NCBI GenBank assembly: GCA_034111325.1 | Contig: JAWUXM010000048.1 | Span: 1-47,416 of the forward strand | Origin: Rickettsiales bacterium | GTDB taxonomy: Bacteria > Pseudomonadota > Alphaproteobacteria > Rickettsiales > JABIRX01 | Direction of reading: 5' to 3' | DNA: 47,416 bases | Shown: positions 8,559-20,206 of the stretch, piece by piece | How positions within the stretch are numbered: the first letter of the stretch is position 1 | Layout of the letters: each line of letters starts with the position of its first letter | The notes under the pieces: model-generated | What the model was told of the DNA's origin: nothing | Database searches by the model: none | The model's input: the letters and a program-made list of their open reading frames with translations, nothing else | Position numbers and translations under genes: made by a program

Positions 8559-9926
8559 ATGTCTGACATATTACAAATCGTTAAAAACCGCGACCCTTAC
8601 CAATTTGAGTTTCATCAAGCTGTTGAAGAAGTTATTGAATCAATTCGGCCAGTAATTGACCGCAATCCTCAATATCGTAAAGCCAAGATCCTCGAACGCA
8701 TGGTTGAGCCAGAAAGGCTGGTTGAATTCCGTGTTCCTTGGCAGGATGACAAAGGCGAGATTCATGTGAATCGCGGCTATCGTATTGGAATGAACAGCGC
8801 ACTTGGGCCATATAAAGGCGGCTTGCGTTTTCACCCTTCAGTAAATTTGAGTATATTAAAATTCCTCGCATTTGAACAGGTTTTTAAAAATGCCTTAACT
8901 ACTCTTCCAATGGGTGGAGCAAAAGGTGGTTCAGATTTTGACCCAAAAGGTAGGTCCGATTCTGAAATTATGCGTTTTTGTCAAAACTTTATGGCAGAAT
9001 TACATCGCCATATTGGCCGCCATACCGACATCCCTGCTGGTGATATTGGTGTTGGCGCACGTGAGATTGGCTATTTATTTGGCATGTATAAAAAAATGAG
9101 TAATGAATTTACCTGCGTTATAACTGGCAAAGGCGTAAATTGGGGTGGTAGTTTAATTCGCCCTGAAGCAACTGGCTATGGCGCAGTTTATTTTGCTAAT
9201 GAAATGCTGGCAACACGCAAACAAGAGTTAAAAGGAAAGAAATGCTTAATTTCTGGCTCGGGCAATGTTGCTACTTTTGCCGCTGAAAAACTCATTGAAC
9301 TTGGCGCTAAAGTTTTAACTTTATCAGATTCTGATGGTTGCATTTATGACGAAGAAGGGATAGATAGCGCAAAGCTAAAATTCGTGATGGATTTAAAAAA
9401 TGTCAAGCGTGGACGCATCAAGGAATATATCAAAAAATATCCAAAAGCTATTTTTACACCAGTTGATACCAAAAAACATGACCCCGAATTCATCCCATAT
9501 AATCCTCTTTGGAATCATAAGGCAGATTGTGCTTTTCCTTGCGCAACCCAAAATGAGCTGAGTGAGAAAGATGCAGAGAATCTCTCCCATAATGGTGTGT
9601 TCTTAGTTTCCGAAGGTGCAAATATGCCTTGTACAAGAGATGCAATCAGATATTTCCACGCTAATAATTTTCTCTATGCACCAGGGAAAGCCGCCAATGC
9701 TGGCGGTGTTTCAGTCTCTGGATTAGAGATGACTCAAAATTCTATTCGCATGTATTGGACAAGGGAAGAGGTTGATAACAAACTAAAAGACATCATGTCC
9801 AAAATTCACAAAACATGCTTGGACGCTGCTGCAGAATATGGCATGGAAGGCAATTACGAGGCTGGTGCCAATATTGCTGGCTTTGTTAAGGTCGCTGACG
9901 CAATGTTAGATCAAGGCGTTGTTTAG
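8559..9926 (+). CDS. gdhA: NADP-specific glutamate dehydrogenase
   Basis: GPYKGGLRFHPSVN, MGGAKGGSDFDPKG, RPEATGYG, GSGNVA, KAANAGGV. Confidence 0.97.
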   Translation: MSDILQIVKNRDPYQFEFHQAVEEVIESIRPVIDRNPQYRKAKILERMVEPERLVEFRVPWQDDKGEIHVNRGYRIGMNSALGPYKGGLRFHPSVNLSILKFLAFEQVFKNALTTLPMGGAKGGSDFDPKGRSDSEIMRFCQNFMAELHRHIGRHTDIPAGDIGVGAREIGYLFGMYKKMSNEFTCVITGKGVNWGGSLIRPEATGYGAVYFANEMLATRKQELKGKKCLISGSGNVATFAAEKLIELGAKVLTLSDSDGCIYDEEGIDSAKLKFVMDLKNVKRGRIKEYIKKYPKAIFTPVDTKKHDPEFIPYNPLWNHKADCAFPCATQNELSEKDAENLSHNGVFLVSEGANMPCTRDAIRYFHANNFLYAPGKAANAGGVSVSGLEMTQNSIRMYWTREEVDNKLKDIMSKIHKTCLDAAAEYGMEGNYEAGANIAGFVKVADAMLDQGVV

Positions 9927-9934
9927 AAAAGCAC

Positions 9935-10837
9935 ATGTCCTTTGCTCATATCTTATTAGGGATATTATCTGCGTTGCTCTGGGGCGGCAATATTATCGCT
10001 TCAAAAATTGCCACTGATTATTTGCCACCTTTTCTTCTCTCAGCCTTACGCTTCACAATTGTAGCATTGTGCATCCTACCTTTTATACGAAAGATGGATA
10101 CTCCAATGCTTAAAGCTTTCTGGCTTGGGCAAATTTGGGGAACAATCTATTTTATGTTTTTCTTTAGCGGTTTATTTTTAGGCGCTAGCGCTGCTGTAAC
10201 ATCCGTTATAATGCAGTTATCTATGCCTTTTACCGTCATATTAGGCATTGTATTTCTTAAAGAGCGCACCACAGTTACAAAGATCATCGGCACAGTTATT
10301 ACCTTCTACGGCATTTATATCATGAAAGATTCGCCCTATATTTCAGAAAGCCCTCTTGCAACCATTTTAATTATCTGTGCGGCTTTTACTTGGGGAGCTG
10401 CGCAAATTACACTCAAAAAAAATAATGAAACCCATATTCTTGCTTTCACTGGCTGGATGGCGCTTTTCTGCATTCCATCTCTATTAGCATTATCCTTTCT
10501 CAGTAGTTATTTAGGAATTTTTCCTAATGAAATTTTGCAGAGTAAAAGCATGTTTAGACTAAATTATGAATTTATCTTTGCGTTACTTTATATGAGTATT
10601 GTCTCGACGATTATCGTAAATTATTCGATTTTATATTTGCTAAAACATAACACTGCTGGGCAAGTAGGAAGCTTCTTGCTATTAATTCCTGTTTCGGGAG
10701 TACTCTTATCAATTACTATCCTAGGCGAAGAAGTTGCCCACTATATAATCAATGGCAGCATAGTAGTAATGATTGGGCTATCCATTATCCTCTTCCAACG
10801 CCGCAAAATTAAAAAAATAGAGATATTGGCGAAGTAA
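9935..10837 (+). CDS. EamA/DMT family transporter
   Basis: About 10 TM segments, LLWGGN...LSALRF, two LKER/LGEE repeats. Confidence 0.88.
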   Translation: MSFAHILLGILSALLWGGNIIASKIATDYLPPFLLSALRFTIVALCILPFIRKMDTPMLKAFWLGQIWGTIYFMFFFSGLFLGASAAVTSVIMQLSMPFTVILGIVFLKERTTVTKIIGTVITFYGIYIMKDSPYISESPLATILIICAAFTWGAAQITLKKNNETHILAFTGWMALFCIPSLLALSFLSSYLGIFPNEILQSKSMFRLNYEFIFALLYMSIVSTIIVNYSILYLLKHNTAGQVGSFLLLIPVSGVLLSITILGEEVAHYIINGSIVVMIGLSIILFQRRKIKKIEILAK

Positions 10838-10866
10838 TTATACCAATATCTTTAATAATTGCGCAT

Positions 10867-11301
10867 TTAAAGAAGAACCTTGGTATTAGAAGCAAAAAGC
10901 TGTGATGGGTCTTTGAAAGATTTAAACTCTAAAGCGTTGCCAGACGGATCTGAGAAAAACATAGTAGCTTGCGCACCGACTTCCCCTTCAAAACGAATAT
11001 AAGGTTCAATGATAAATTCAACATTATGAGCCTTGAGGCGTTCAGCAAATTTATGCCATTGCTCCCATTCTAACACCACACCAAAATGCGGCACCGGCAC
11101 GCCATGACCATCGACTGCGTTAATCGCTGCTGGTTTGCTTTCTACACCCTCTTTTAAATGTGTAACTAGCTGATGACCATAACAATTCCAATCCACCCAC
11201 TTCTCAGAGAAGCGACCTGCACTAAAACCCAAAAACTCACCATAAAATTGGCGCGCTTTGGCTAAATCATTAACTGCTATTGCTAAGTGAAATGGTTGCA
11301 T
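10867..11301 (-). CDS. VOC/glyoxalase family protein
   Basis: [34 protein letters not shown]. Confidence 0.92.
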   Translation of the reverse strand: MQPFHLAIAVNDLAKARQFYGEFLGFSAGRFSEKWVDWNCYGHQLVTHLKEGVESKPAAINAVDGHGVPVPHFGVVLEWEQWHKFAERLKAHNVEFIIEPYIRFEGEVGAQATMFFSDPSGNALEFKSFKDPSQLFASNTKVLL

Positions 11302-11390
11302 GATTATCCCTCATAGTTTGTTGGTAATATTTTTATCACTCAATTAGCAGAACATACAAGAATAACATATTAATATTATTTTGAAAGCTG

Positions 11391-11420
11391 TGCAGATGCT
11401 GAAACAAGTTCAGCATGACG
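11391..11420. repeat. REP-like palindrome (family B half element)
   Basis: GCAGATGCTGAAACAAGTTCAGCATGACG, homologous to GCAGATCCTGAAATAAATTCAGGATGACG at 29791. Confidence 0.8.
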
Positions 11421-11556
11421 AAAAAGGAGAGGTCTTATCACATATCTAATTGCAGAATAAGCAAGATATATAGGAGAGTAAATCTGAGGATTTTTGTGAT
11501 AATTTTTAGTACATGTTCTCAATAATATTTTAAATAACAAATCAACCTCTGTTCTC

Positions 11557-11684
11557 AAAATCTTATAAATTTTGCTTTTATTTTTGACCAATGTCCTATG
11601 CGAATGAGCGACGTGTATACTTCATACACAAGTCGAAGTGAGCAAAGGTTATTGGTTAAAAAGAATGCAAAAGAATAAGATTTT
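11557..11684. repeat. Family A hairpin repeat (full copy); extra left-end fragment at 11480-11520
   Basis: AAAATCTTAT/ATAAGATTTT termini, apical GTGTAT-ACTTC-ATACAC hairpin. Confidence 0.9.
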
Positions 11685-11689
11685 GGAGA

Positions 11690-11727
11690 TTTTCATTGAT
11701 AGGAGAGAAACAAAGGCAGTGGCCGCT
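11690..11727 (-). other. 3' arm of the 16S processing (RNase III) stem
   Basis: TTTTCATTG..ATAGGAGAGAA.CA.AGGCAGTGG..GCT is complementary to 13334-13374. Confidence 0.8.
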
Positions 11728-11765
11728 AATTTTTTTGACAATATGGTTAAAAACCACATCATCTA

Positions 11766-13264
<1,499 letters not shown>

Positions 13265-13333
13265 GAACCTAAATTTTAAATTAACGGGATCAAATCATGT
13301 ATAAATACATAAAATGAGCCCTAAAGTAACATA

Positions 13334-13380
13334 AGCAACCACTGCCTATGCTTCTCTCCTATTAACAATGAAAAAGAGCA
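13334..13380 (-). promoter_or_regulatory. rRNA leader: boxA-like site and 5' arm of the processing stem
   Basis: Minus strand TGCTCTTTTTCATTG resembles boxA and continues into the arm pairing with 11690-11727. Confidence 0.7.
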
Positions 13381-13483
13381 GTAACTGACTTGTCATTCTT
13401 TTAGGTGTTTTGCACGCTAAAATTCACGACCAATTAACGTTCTTATTTAAAGAATATTAACCTCAGAAACCAAGGAATAGCGA

Positions 13484-13512
13484 GTTTTAGACTAGGCAAA
13501 CATAAGTGTAAA
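13484..13512 (-). promoter_or_regulatory. Probable rRNA promoter
   Basis: Minus strand TTTACA-17 bp-TAAAAC upstream of the leader. Confidence 0.6.
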
Positions 13513-13672
13513 GCAGAAAGTTGATATTTTTTATAAGAAAATCGCAGGCAATCAAAAGTTCCTACCTTAATTATTGCAAATCGAGCCTTCCAAAAGGAAG
13601 TATATACGCCATTAATCCATTATCAAATAATTCTCTCACCTATTAGAACCTGCAGCAAAAACATTACTGCCA

Positions 13673-14485
13673 TTACGCCATAAGTTTCAACAACGGTCGC
13701 TTGATTGCGTTTTCTTGAAAATAATCATTAACACGACTCACTACATCAGTTTGAAATAGCTTCTCGTACTTCACATCAAGGACATAAGCCTTGGCTTTGA
13801 GTTGCAAGACTATCATATTACCAATTATGATTTCGCTAACCACGATACTATAAGGCTTCTTGAGGAAAATATATTTACTAGTAATTAGCACTTCATTAAT
13901 AATTTTACGCGCAAGCGGAAGGTCTGCATCAAGTGCTAAGTGAAAGTCAAAAACCATCATCATATCCATGTTGCCATCATTAGCGGAAGCAACGACATCA
14001 GTAAGAAAACGTGCATTAGGAATAGTGACAAGATTATCATCTAAAGTGATTAGGCGAACAGTCCGCAGGCCAATTGATTTTATTTCACCATATTGACTAT
14101 CAAATGTAACTCGGTCTCCTACTTGGAAAGGCTGGTCAAACAATAGCACCAACCCAGCTACCAAAGAGGAAACAAGGTCTTTTAGAGCCAAACCCATTGC
14201 AACGGCGACACTTCCGCCAATCGCAAGTAGCAATTCACGGGAAGGACGCATTGCACCATAAAATATAGTAATTCCGCCGACGATGTAAATTAAGAAAATA
14301 ATAATTGTCACTATTTGCAAAATTAACAAACGTCGAGAAGGAATATTATTAATTGCCCGATTAGCAAGCCCAGTAAGCATCCTTGCAATAATAATTAGGA
14401 GAATTATGCCAAAGACAAAGAAGGCAATTTTTTGCATTTGAAAAAGTTGCGTAATTTGGTTAAAGCCGTCAAAATTTTTATCCAT
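13673..14485 (-). CDS. MscS-family mechanosensitive channel (start moved to ATG 14485)
   Basis: 3 TM helices, GLALKDLVSSLVAG, PFQVGDRV, GEIKSIGLRTV, VTIPNA; ATG overlaps the upstream stop by 8 bp. Confidence 0.93.
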   Translation of the reverse strand: MDKNFDGFNQITQLFQMQKIAFFVFGIILLIIIARMLTGLANRAINNIPSRRLLILQIVTIIIFLIYIVGGITIFYGAMRPSRELLLAIGGSVAVAMGLALKDLVSSLVAGLVLLFDQPFQVGDRVTFDSQYGEIKSIGLRTVRLITLDDNLVTIPNARFLTDVVASANDGNMDMMMVFDFHLALDADLPLARKIINEVLITSKYIFLKKPYSIVVSEIIIGNMIVLQLKAKAYVLDVKYEKLFQTDVVSRVNDYFQENAIKRPLLKLMA

Positions 14486-17228
14486 AGATGAAATTCCTAT
14501 CTTTAAGGAGTTTAACAATCACAATTTGCCACATAGCCGATAGGTAATAACGGTTTGGCTGACGTTCTTCGAGATGTTGTTTTTCAACGCCAATACGCAC
14601 AATATTTATAACCGCGGCAGTTGGCAGGGACGTAATTTCAGCAATTTCCTCTAATGAGAGATTATGATGCTTGGTGATTGCCGCATAGATAAAAAATTGA
14701 TTATCAGAAAGATCAGTCAGATCCGATGCTTTTGCAGTTTTTGGTAATGCAACTTTAATTGTTGATTTATTTACTAAGCTCAAAGAAGAAATCCATAGTT
14801 GCATAGCAGTTTGTGGGTTGCCTTTTGATTCACTCCACAACATCTGAAAAAATTTCTCATGCAAATCATTAAATTCACGACGAGAGCTTTTTGCATCCAT
14901 TGCAAAAATCAAAGGATCATAAATTAGTTTAAAGCCAGTGCGCTCATGCTTTTTAAGAATTAGCTTTTGAATATCTTCGTCCCTCCATTTTTCGAGTTTG
15001 AATTGGTAACGGAAATAGCGATCGATACGCAATGCGTTTTGTAAATAACGCCAAGCGTAATGATTAAAACTAGCAACCCAAAAGATGTTGTTATTATGGA
15101 CGTTGATTAACAAATCAAAAAGACAATTCAGCGCTTCAAACCCCTGATGTTTAGCAAGGAATAAATCATGACAATTATCCATTAATATGATTGTACGTTT
15201 TTTATGATTAGAGAGCCGCTCTGTTAAGTTTTTTGCACTTTGAAAACCAAAAGCGTTGCTAAGCAGAGTTTCAATTTGTTTTTTGTTAGTAAGTTTTTTC
15301 GGGATAGCAATATTGATGATTTCTGTATTGTTAGCAAATGTTCTTTTAATCCAGTCTAGCAAAAGAGAAGCTCCCATGCCGTTCTCGCCAAAAAGCACCA
15401 TGGAATTTTCTTGATTTTTGCCTTCTTGCCAATTGTGCAGAACTGTTTTGATTCCATCATAAGGATGATCTGCTACTTCGATAAAATCTTCTGACTCTTG
15501 TGCGATAAGAAAGCGTTTTAGATATGAGTTAGAAAGATAATTTTCTTCAAGCTGTACATTAGTTTTGGCAGCAGATTCAAGTTTGCGTTTATAAGATTGC
15601 GCCAGAATTCTTTTGACAAAATCATTATCTGTAAGCCAAGAAGTTATTTTTCTGAATAGAATATTGAGCAAGAGGAGAACGCTAATTGGCAAGGCAAAAA
15701 GAAGAGACATCTTGCCTTGTAAAAAGCGACGAGTTATTTGCGATGTCGTTTTAGATAAACGTCTTTTAACTGCTGATTCCAGCTCTTTTGACCATTTTCC
15801 TGAGAGGAACAATAGCAGCAAGATAAAACCTGCGACAAATAAATTAAAGATCAAATGATAGACCAAAGCTTGGCGCACGATTGATTCGGTTAAATGTAGT
15901 AAGGAAATTGCACCTAATAAATATAAGCCTAAATATTCAGTAAATTTCTTGATACGCTGATCTAGTGCTGTGCGTATGTTTAAACCAATAATATCAAGAT
16001 ATAGCAGATCGTTGAGCGTTGAAAAAGTAAAAATCTTAAAAATCCTATAGAGGAAGTAATATTGGAAATATGGCATTACAACGCCAATCTCCGCAATAAT
16101 GCTATCGCGTAGAACTTGTTTAGCTAATTCAAATATAATAATAACCGCAACCCACGGAAAGTATGGTATCGATTTTGATAGGAAAATTGCCCATTTCGCA
16201 TGGCTGTTATTGTAAAGCGATGATTTGACTAAGTGCTTTTTTAATCCCTCCAGGAGGATAATTAATTTGCGCAAAATAACAATTCCGATGAATAATATTC
16301 CCACGAAGAATAGAAGTACGCCAAGCTGTTTAATAATTAAAGACATACCAGAAGTGCCCGAGTTTAAGGCTTGGCGATAATCAGATATTTTACTGTAGAA
16401 GGTTGCAAATGGGCGATAAGGAATGAGTTTTAATTCTCGTGCAAGATCCGCAAAATAAGCGTTATTTAATTTATATTGATTTGCGTTATATTGCTCCAAG
16501 CGCAGTAAAATTGACGCTCGAATCTTACCAGATTGCAGTAAGAGCTTGGCTTGGTAATTTTTACTAGCTTCAATAAATTGCTGTTTGGTTGATAATAAAT
16601 TTGCATATTCATCGAGCAAAGCATAGCGGGATTGGTTATATTCAACAAATATTTGACCATCTTCACTCCGTGTGGAGTCTTGAGAAAGTTCTCTTTGTGG
16701 AAGGGTTAGCAGATTTGGTAATTCATGGCTCCAATAGCTATTACGACTAAAAAAACTCAAGCTACTATCTGCTAATTCACGCCAATAGAGCAAGGTTTCT
16801 TGGTAGAGTGTCATTAGATCATCCTGTGCAATATGGCGCTGCGCTAGAGCGATATCAATCTTTCGCAGATGCACAGCAATATCATAAAGATTGTCATTTT
16901 TTTCCTTGAGAATTGAGGCAAGTTTGATTTGTGATTTAGCGACATCTCGCCTTGTTTGCTCAATCAAAGCTTTGTCCGTCGCAATCTCCTTAAGCAGCGG
17001 AGAGGAGGGTTTTTGCACTACTGACTCTGCTTCCTGCAGGGATTTGTTAGCATCTTGAATTGTGTTCTCTGCATAATCCAACGCCTGACTAAGACCTTCC
17101 TCAATTGGCTTTGCTTGGATTGCAGGGAGGGGCACAAGTGCTACTTGCGTAAAATCACTTTCTTGTGCATTTGCAAAACTAGGCAAAAGCAGTAATAAGA
17201 TGATGAATTTGAGCAGTAAGTTATACAT
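14478..17228 (-). CDS. Large membrane protein: signal peptide, coiled coil, multi-TM, degenerate P-loop NTPase, C-terminal winged helix
   Basis: SFANA|QE signal; helical periplasmic region; about 7 TM; MVLFGENGMGASLL Walker A-like; IILMDNCHD Walker B-like; SKGNP motif; LSLEEIAEITSLP HTH. Confidence 0.75.
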   Translation of the reverse strand: MYNLLLKFIILLLLLPSFANAQESDFTQVALVPLPAIQAKPIEEGLSQALDYAENTIQDANKSLQEAESVVQKPSSPLLKEIATDKALIEQTRRDVAKSQIKLASILKEKNDNLYDIAVHLRKIDIALAQRHIAQDDLMTLYQETLLYWRELADSSLSFFSRNSYWSHELPNLLTLPQRELSQDSTRSEDGQIFVEYNQSRYALLDEYANLLSTKQQFIEASKNYQAKLLLQSGKIRASILLRLEQYNANQYKLNNAYFADLARELKLIPYRPFATFYSKISDYRQALNSGTSGMSLIIKQLGVLLFFVGILFIGIVILRKLIILLEGLKKHLVKSSLYNNSHAKWAIFLSKSIPYFPWVAVIIIFELAKQVLRDSIIAEIGVVMPYFQYYFLYRIFKIFTFSTLNDLLYLDIIGLNIRTALDQRIKKFTEYLGLYLLGAISLLHLTESIVRQALVYHLIFNLFVAGFILLLLFLSGKWSKELESAVKRRLSKTTSQITRRFLQGKMSLLFALPISVLLLLNILFRKITSWLTDNDFVKRILAQSYKRKLESAAKTNVQLEENYLSNSYLKRFLIAQESEDFIEVADHPYDGIKTVLHNWQEGKNQENSMVLFGENGMGASLLLDWIKRTFANNTEIINIAIPKKLTNKKQIETLLSNAFGFQSAKNLTERLSNHKKRTIILMDNCHDLFLAKHQGFEALNCLFDLLINVHNNNIFWVASFNHYAWRYLQNALRIDRYFRYQFKLEKWRDEDIQKLILKKHERTGFKLIYDPLIFAMDAKSSRREFNDLHEKFFQMLWSESKGNPQTAMQLWISSLSLVNKSTIKVALPKTAKASDLTDLSDNQFFIYAAITKHHNLSLEEIAEITSLPTAAVINIVRIGVEKQHLEERQPNRYYLSAMWQIVIVKLLKDRNFIYG

Positions 17229-17270
17229 TACAACACATAGTATATTGAAGAAATTTCATTCACATTAGTC

Positions 17271-18242
17271 TTAAAACCACTTCAACTTCCTAAAAAGGAC
17301 AATTTGCATAGCGACAATGGCGCTCAAAAACCCACAGAAAATAAAGAAAGCATTTTGATCTCCCGCACCAGGAATTCCGCCAACATTAATACCTAGCAAG
17401 CCAGTTAAAAACCCTAGCGGCAGAAATATCGCCGCGATTACTGATAAAATATACATGTTTTTATTTAGACGGTCAGAGAGAATATTTGCCAACTCATCTT
17501 TCACGATCTGTGCCCTTTCACGAATCGCATCTAAATCTTCAACATATCGTGTGACATGGTTGTAACTCTCCTGCAAATGACGTTTGTGGTTTTCATTCAA
17601 CCAATTTAAATCTGCCATACGTAGCTGCCCAATAGCATCCCTTTGCGGCGCCATATAACGACGAAACATAATCGCTTGCTTACGTACATCGATAATATTG
17701 CTACGTAAGTTTACATCCGCCGTCTCAATAATTTTTTCTTCAATGTCATCAGCACTATCATCAAGCTCTGTCAAAACTGGCTCCATGCGCTCGAATAATC
17801 TTGAAGCTAACATACAGACAAACTGCCCCGCATCTTTTGGACCCATGCCATTTTTAAGCCTTTCTTCAATATCCCAGACTGCTTTTAATTTGCGTTTGCG
17901 TACACTGATTATACGATGTTTGTCAACCCAAAGACGAATCGATACCATATCCTCTGGATCGGCATTTTCATTAAGGTTTACCCCACGTAAAATCAACAAC
18001 ACGCCATCATTAATTTGCGTCATACGTGGGCGTGTTTCTTCAGCGAGCAAAGCATCAATAATGAGCGGGTCAAGATAAGATGTTTCTTGCTCAAGCCATG
18101 TTTTGGTTAATGGATGATTAGCATCCATATGTACCCAAGCAAGATTTTTGGCTTTAATTTCTTTACTGATATCCTCGCCGCTTAAAGCTTTGCCACCACC
18201 TTTTCCATCAAAACCATAGGCTAATAAAATATGGTCATTCAT
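17271..18242 (-). CDS. zntB: Zinc transporter ZntB (CorA family)
   Basis: EETRPR, LRGVNLN, DMVSIR, FLPLGFLTGLLGINVGGIPG (GIN motif). Confidence 0.92.
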   Translation of the reverse strand: MNDHILLAYGFDGKGGGKALSGEDISKEIKAKNLAWVHMDANHPLTKTWLEQETSYLDPLIIDALLAEETRPRMTQINDGVLLILRGVNLNENADPEDMVSIRLWVDKHRIISVRKRKLKAVWDIEERLKNGMGPKDAGQFVCMLASRLFERMEPVLTELDDSADDIEEKIIETADVNLRSNIIDVRKQAIMFRRYMAPQRDAIGQLRMADLNWLNENHKRHLQESYNHVTRYVEDLDAIRERAQIVKDELANILSDRLNKNMYILSVIAAIFLPLGFLTGLLGINVGGIPGAGDQNAFFIFCGFLSAIVAMQIVLFRKLKWF

Positions 18243-18352
18243 GCGCTCCTCCTAATTGAATTAGGAGGGGCAATTGAGCATGTTTATATAATTTTTCAAC
18301 AATATATTAACATATTAAGAATTAAGGCAATCTTCAACATCATGGGAGTGTC

Positions 18353-19081
18353 TCAAATCAAAAATTTAGATAAGGCACTAGAACTACTAAGAGTAATATG
18401 TTGTCTTTTAATCATTAAATACCCTCCATCCTGTAGATCATGTAAAATACGTGAGAAAGTCTCTGGACGCATACTCAAATAGGATGCAATGGTGGCCTTA
18501 TCGTAAGGCAGCTGTATTTTAATATTATGATTATTTTGCATCAGTAAACTTAATAGAAACCAACAAACACGCTCCTTAGCACTTTTTAAAGCAAGCTCCT
18601 CTAACCGTTTCACCAGATCTTGCGCCGTATCCGCAATATCACGCATAAGGTTGGCTGAAAGATTACTGTTAGTTGTTAGATATTTTTTTATATCAACAAT
18701 TGGAATAATTAATAACTTTGTATCAGCAATGATTTTTGCACTAGCAATGAAGTGACTATTAAACAATGCTGTTGCAACCGACATTGTATCTTGCTGCACG
18801 GCGATGCGTAAAATTAGCTCTTGCCCGTCAGAATTGTTTTTGAATAGTTTGATTTTGCCGCTCAACACTACATAAAAATACTGTACCTTTTCGCCTTCAA
18901 TAAAGAGCAGTGTGTTTTTCTTAAACTCTCTAACTCTAGCGTTGCTCAAAACAGCCGCAATCTCTTCTTGCTGCAACCCACAGAATATTGGAAGTTTTGC
19001 TGCAAACTCAGCCTGAAGTGATAATCCTTTAGTTATAGCATTATAAGAAAGTTGCATATCTAGCTGCTTTATTTTTCCCAA
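18353..19081 (-). CDS. Crp/Fnr-family transcriptional regulator (start uncertain, 19081 or 19057)
   Basis: cNMP-binding fold (LFIEGE, SGKIKL) and HTH IASYLSMRPETFSR. Confidence 0.92.
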   Translation of the reverse strand: MGKIKQLDMQLSYNAITKGLSLQAEFAAKLPIFCGLQQEEIAAVLSNARVREFKKNTLLFIEGEKVQYFYVVLSGKIKLFKNNSDGQELILRIAVQQDTMSVATALFNSHFIASAKIIADTKLLIIPIVDIKKYLTTNSNLSANLMRDIADTAQDLVKRLEELALKSAKERVCWFLLSLLMQNNHNIKIQLPYDKATIASYLSMRPETFSRILHDLQDGGYLMIKRQHITLSSSSALSKFLI

Positions 19082-19156
19082 AAGAAGCTAAATATTAAAT
19101 AACTGATCTGTAATTTTCTACTATTATTTTCTAAAACTAGCGTAAATATTGGTCTA

Positions 19157-19335
19157 ATACCAAGGTTCTTCTTTAAATGTGCATTTGCAGTTATATAAAA
19201 TTAGATGAAAGAGCGAATTGCCTCACAATTGTGCGAAGATATATCGCTAATTTTACTGCTGTCCGTAGGATTGTGGCAAAAAGCTGTGCTTTTATGCCTA
19301 CAACAAATAGTACATTTAAAGAAGAGCCTTGGTAT
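19157..19335. mobile_element. MITE/ERIC-like palindromic element (family C), short copy
   Basis: ~30 bp terminal inverted repeats ATACCAAGGTTCTTCTTTAAATGT / ACATTTAAAGAAGAGCCTTGGTAT; homologous to 23598-23873. Confidence 0.85.
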
Positions 19336-19344
19336 AACTCAAAC

Positions 19345-20106
19345 CTAGAATTTTGCTAAACACCCACCGTCAATAACAAGATCAGCACCAGTTACAAACG
19401 ATGCCTCATTTGAAGCAAGAAACAATGCTCCATATGCAACTTCCTCTGCTGTACCAATGCGCCCAAGCACCGATAATTCTCGTAATTTCTTCTTGGTTTC
19501 CGGATCTCCCAACAAGCCTGCAGTCATCGGCGTTTCTATCGCCCCTGGCATTATTGAATTAACCCGAATTTGATATTGACCAAGTTCTACTGCTAAATCT
19601 TTACTAGCTAGGCGCACCCCACCTTTCGATGATGAATACGCAGCGCCAGCACCGCCAGCCATTCCTGCAATAGACGAAATATTAACAATTGAACCTCCGC
19701 CATTCTTACGCATAGCAGGCACCACCGCCTTACAACCAAGGAAAACGCCTGAAAGATTAGTATCAATGACTTTATGCCACTCTGCTAATGTCGTCTCTTC
19801 TACGCTAAGAAATGGTGGAAAAATCCCTGCATTATTAACCAAAACGTCAATATTATTGAAGAGCTTGAGAGTTTTCTGAACTACCAAATTCCAATCTTTT
19901 TCTGACGAAACATCATGTTCCATATACTCAATCTTCACGTCAGAATTCTTAGCTCTAAAACCCTCAACCCACTTCTTGAGTTTAGCAGATTGCACGTCCG
20001 TTACCATAATTTTGGCACCCTCCTTCGCAAAAAGCATTGCTTCAACCTTGCCCATACCCTCGGCAGCGCCAGTAATTATAACAGTCTTATTTTTCAATCT
20101 ACTCAT
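19345..20106 (-). CDS. Short-chain dehydrogenase/reductase (SDR)
   Basis: TGAAEGMG, NNAG, NISS, YSSSK, IRVNSIMPG. Confidence 0.95.
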   Translation of the reverse strand: MSRLKNKTVIITGAAEGMGKVEAMLFAKEGAKIMVTDVQSAKLKKWVEGFRAKNSDVKIEYMEHDVSSEKDWNLVVQKTLKLFNNIDVLVNNAGIFPPFLSVEETTLAEWHKVIDTNLSGVFLGCKAVVPAMRKNGGGSIVNISSIAGMAGGAGAAYSSSKGGVRLASKDLAVELGQYQIRVNSIMPGAIETPMTAGLLGDPETKKKLRELSVLGRIGTAEEVAYGALFLASNEASFVTGADLVIDGGCLAKF

Positions 20107-20177
20107 CTTGACCTCAATTACTTAATATTAATAAATTAACTATATTCTCTGTATGTTCAAAAACCTCATAAAAGAAA

Positions 20178-20191
20178 TTGATATAGATCAA
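20178..20191. promoter_or_regulatory. Perfect FNR/FixK box upstream of the SDR gene
   Basis: TTGAT-ATAG-ATCAA, ~72 bp before the SDR start codon. Confidence 0.75.
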
Positions 20192-20206
20192 GAATTTAAA
20201 ATTAAT

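Noticed and set aside
11376-11591. 71 aa ORF ending RHAELVSAS
   Set aside because: Translation of family A and B repeat DNA.
19177-19359. 60 aa ORF
   Set aside because: Translation of the family C MITE.
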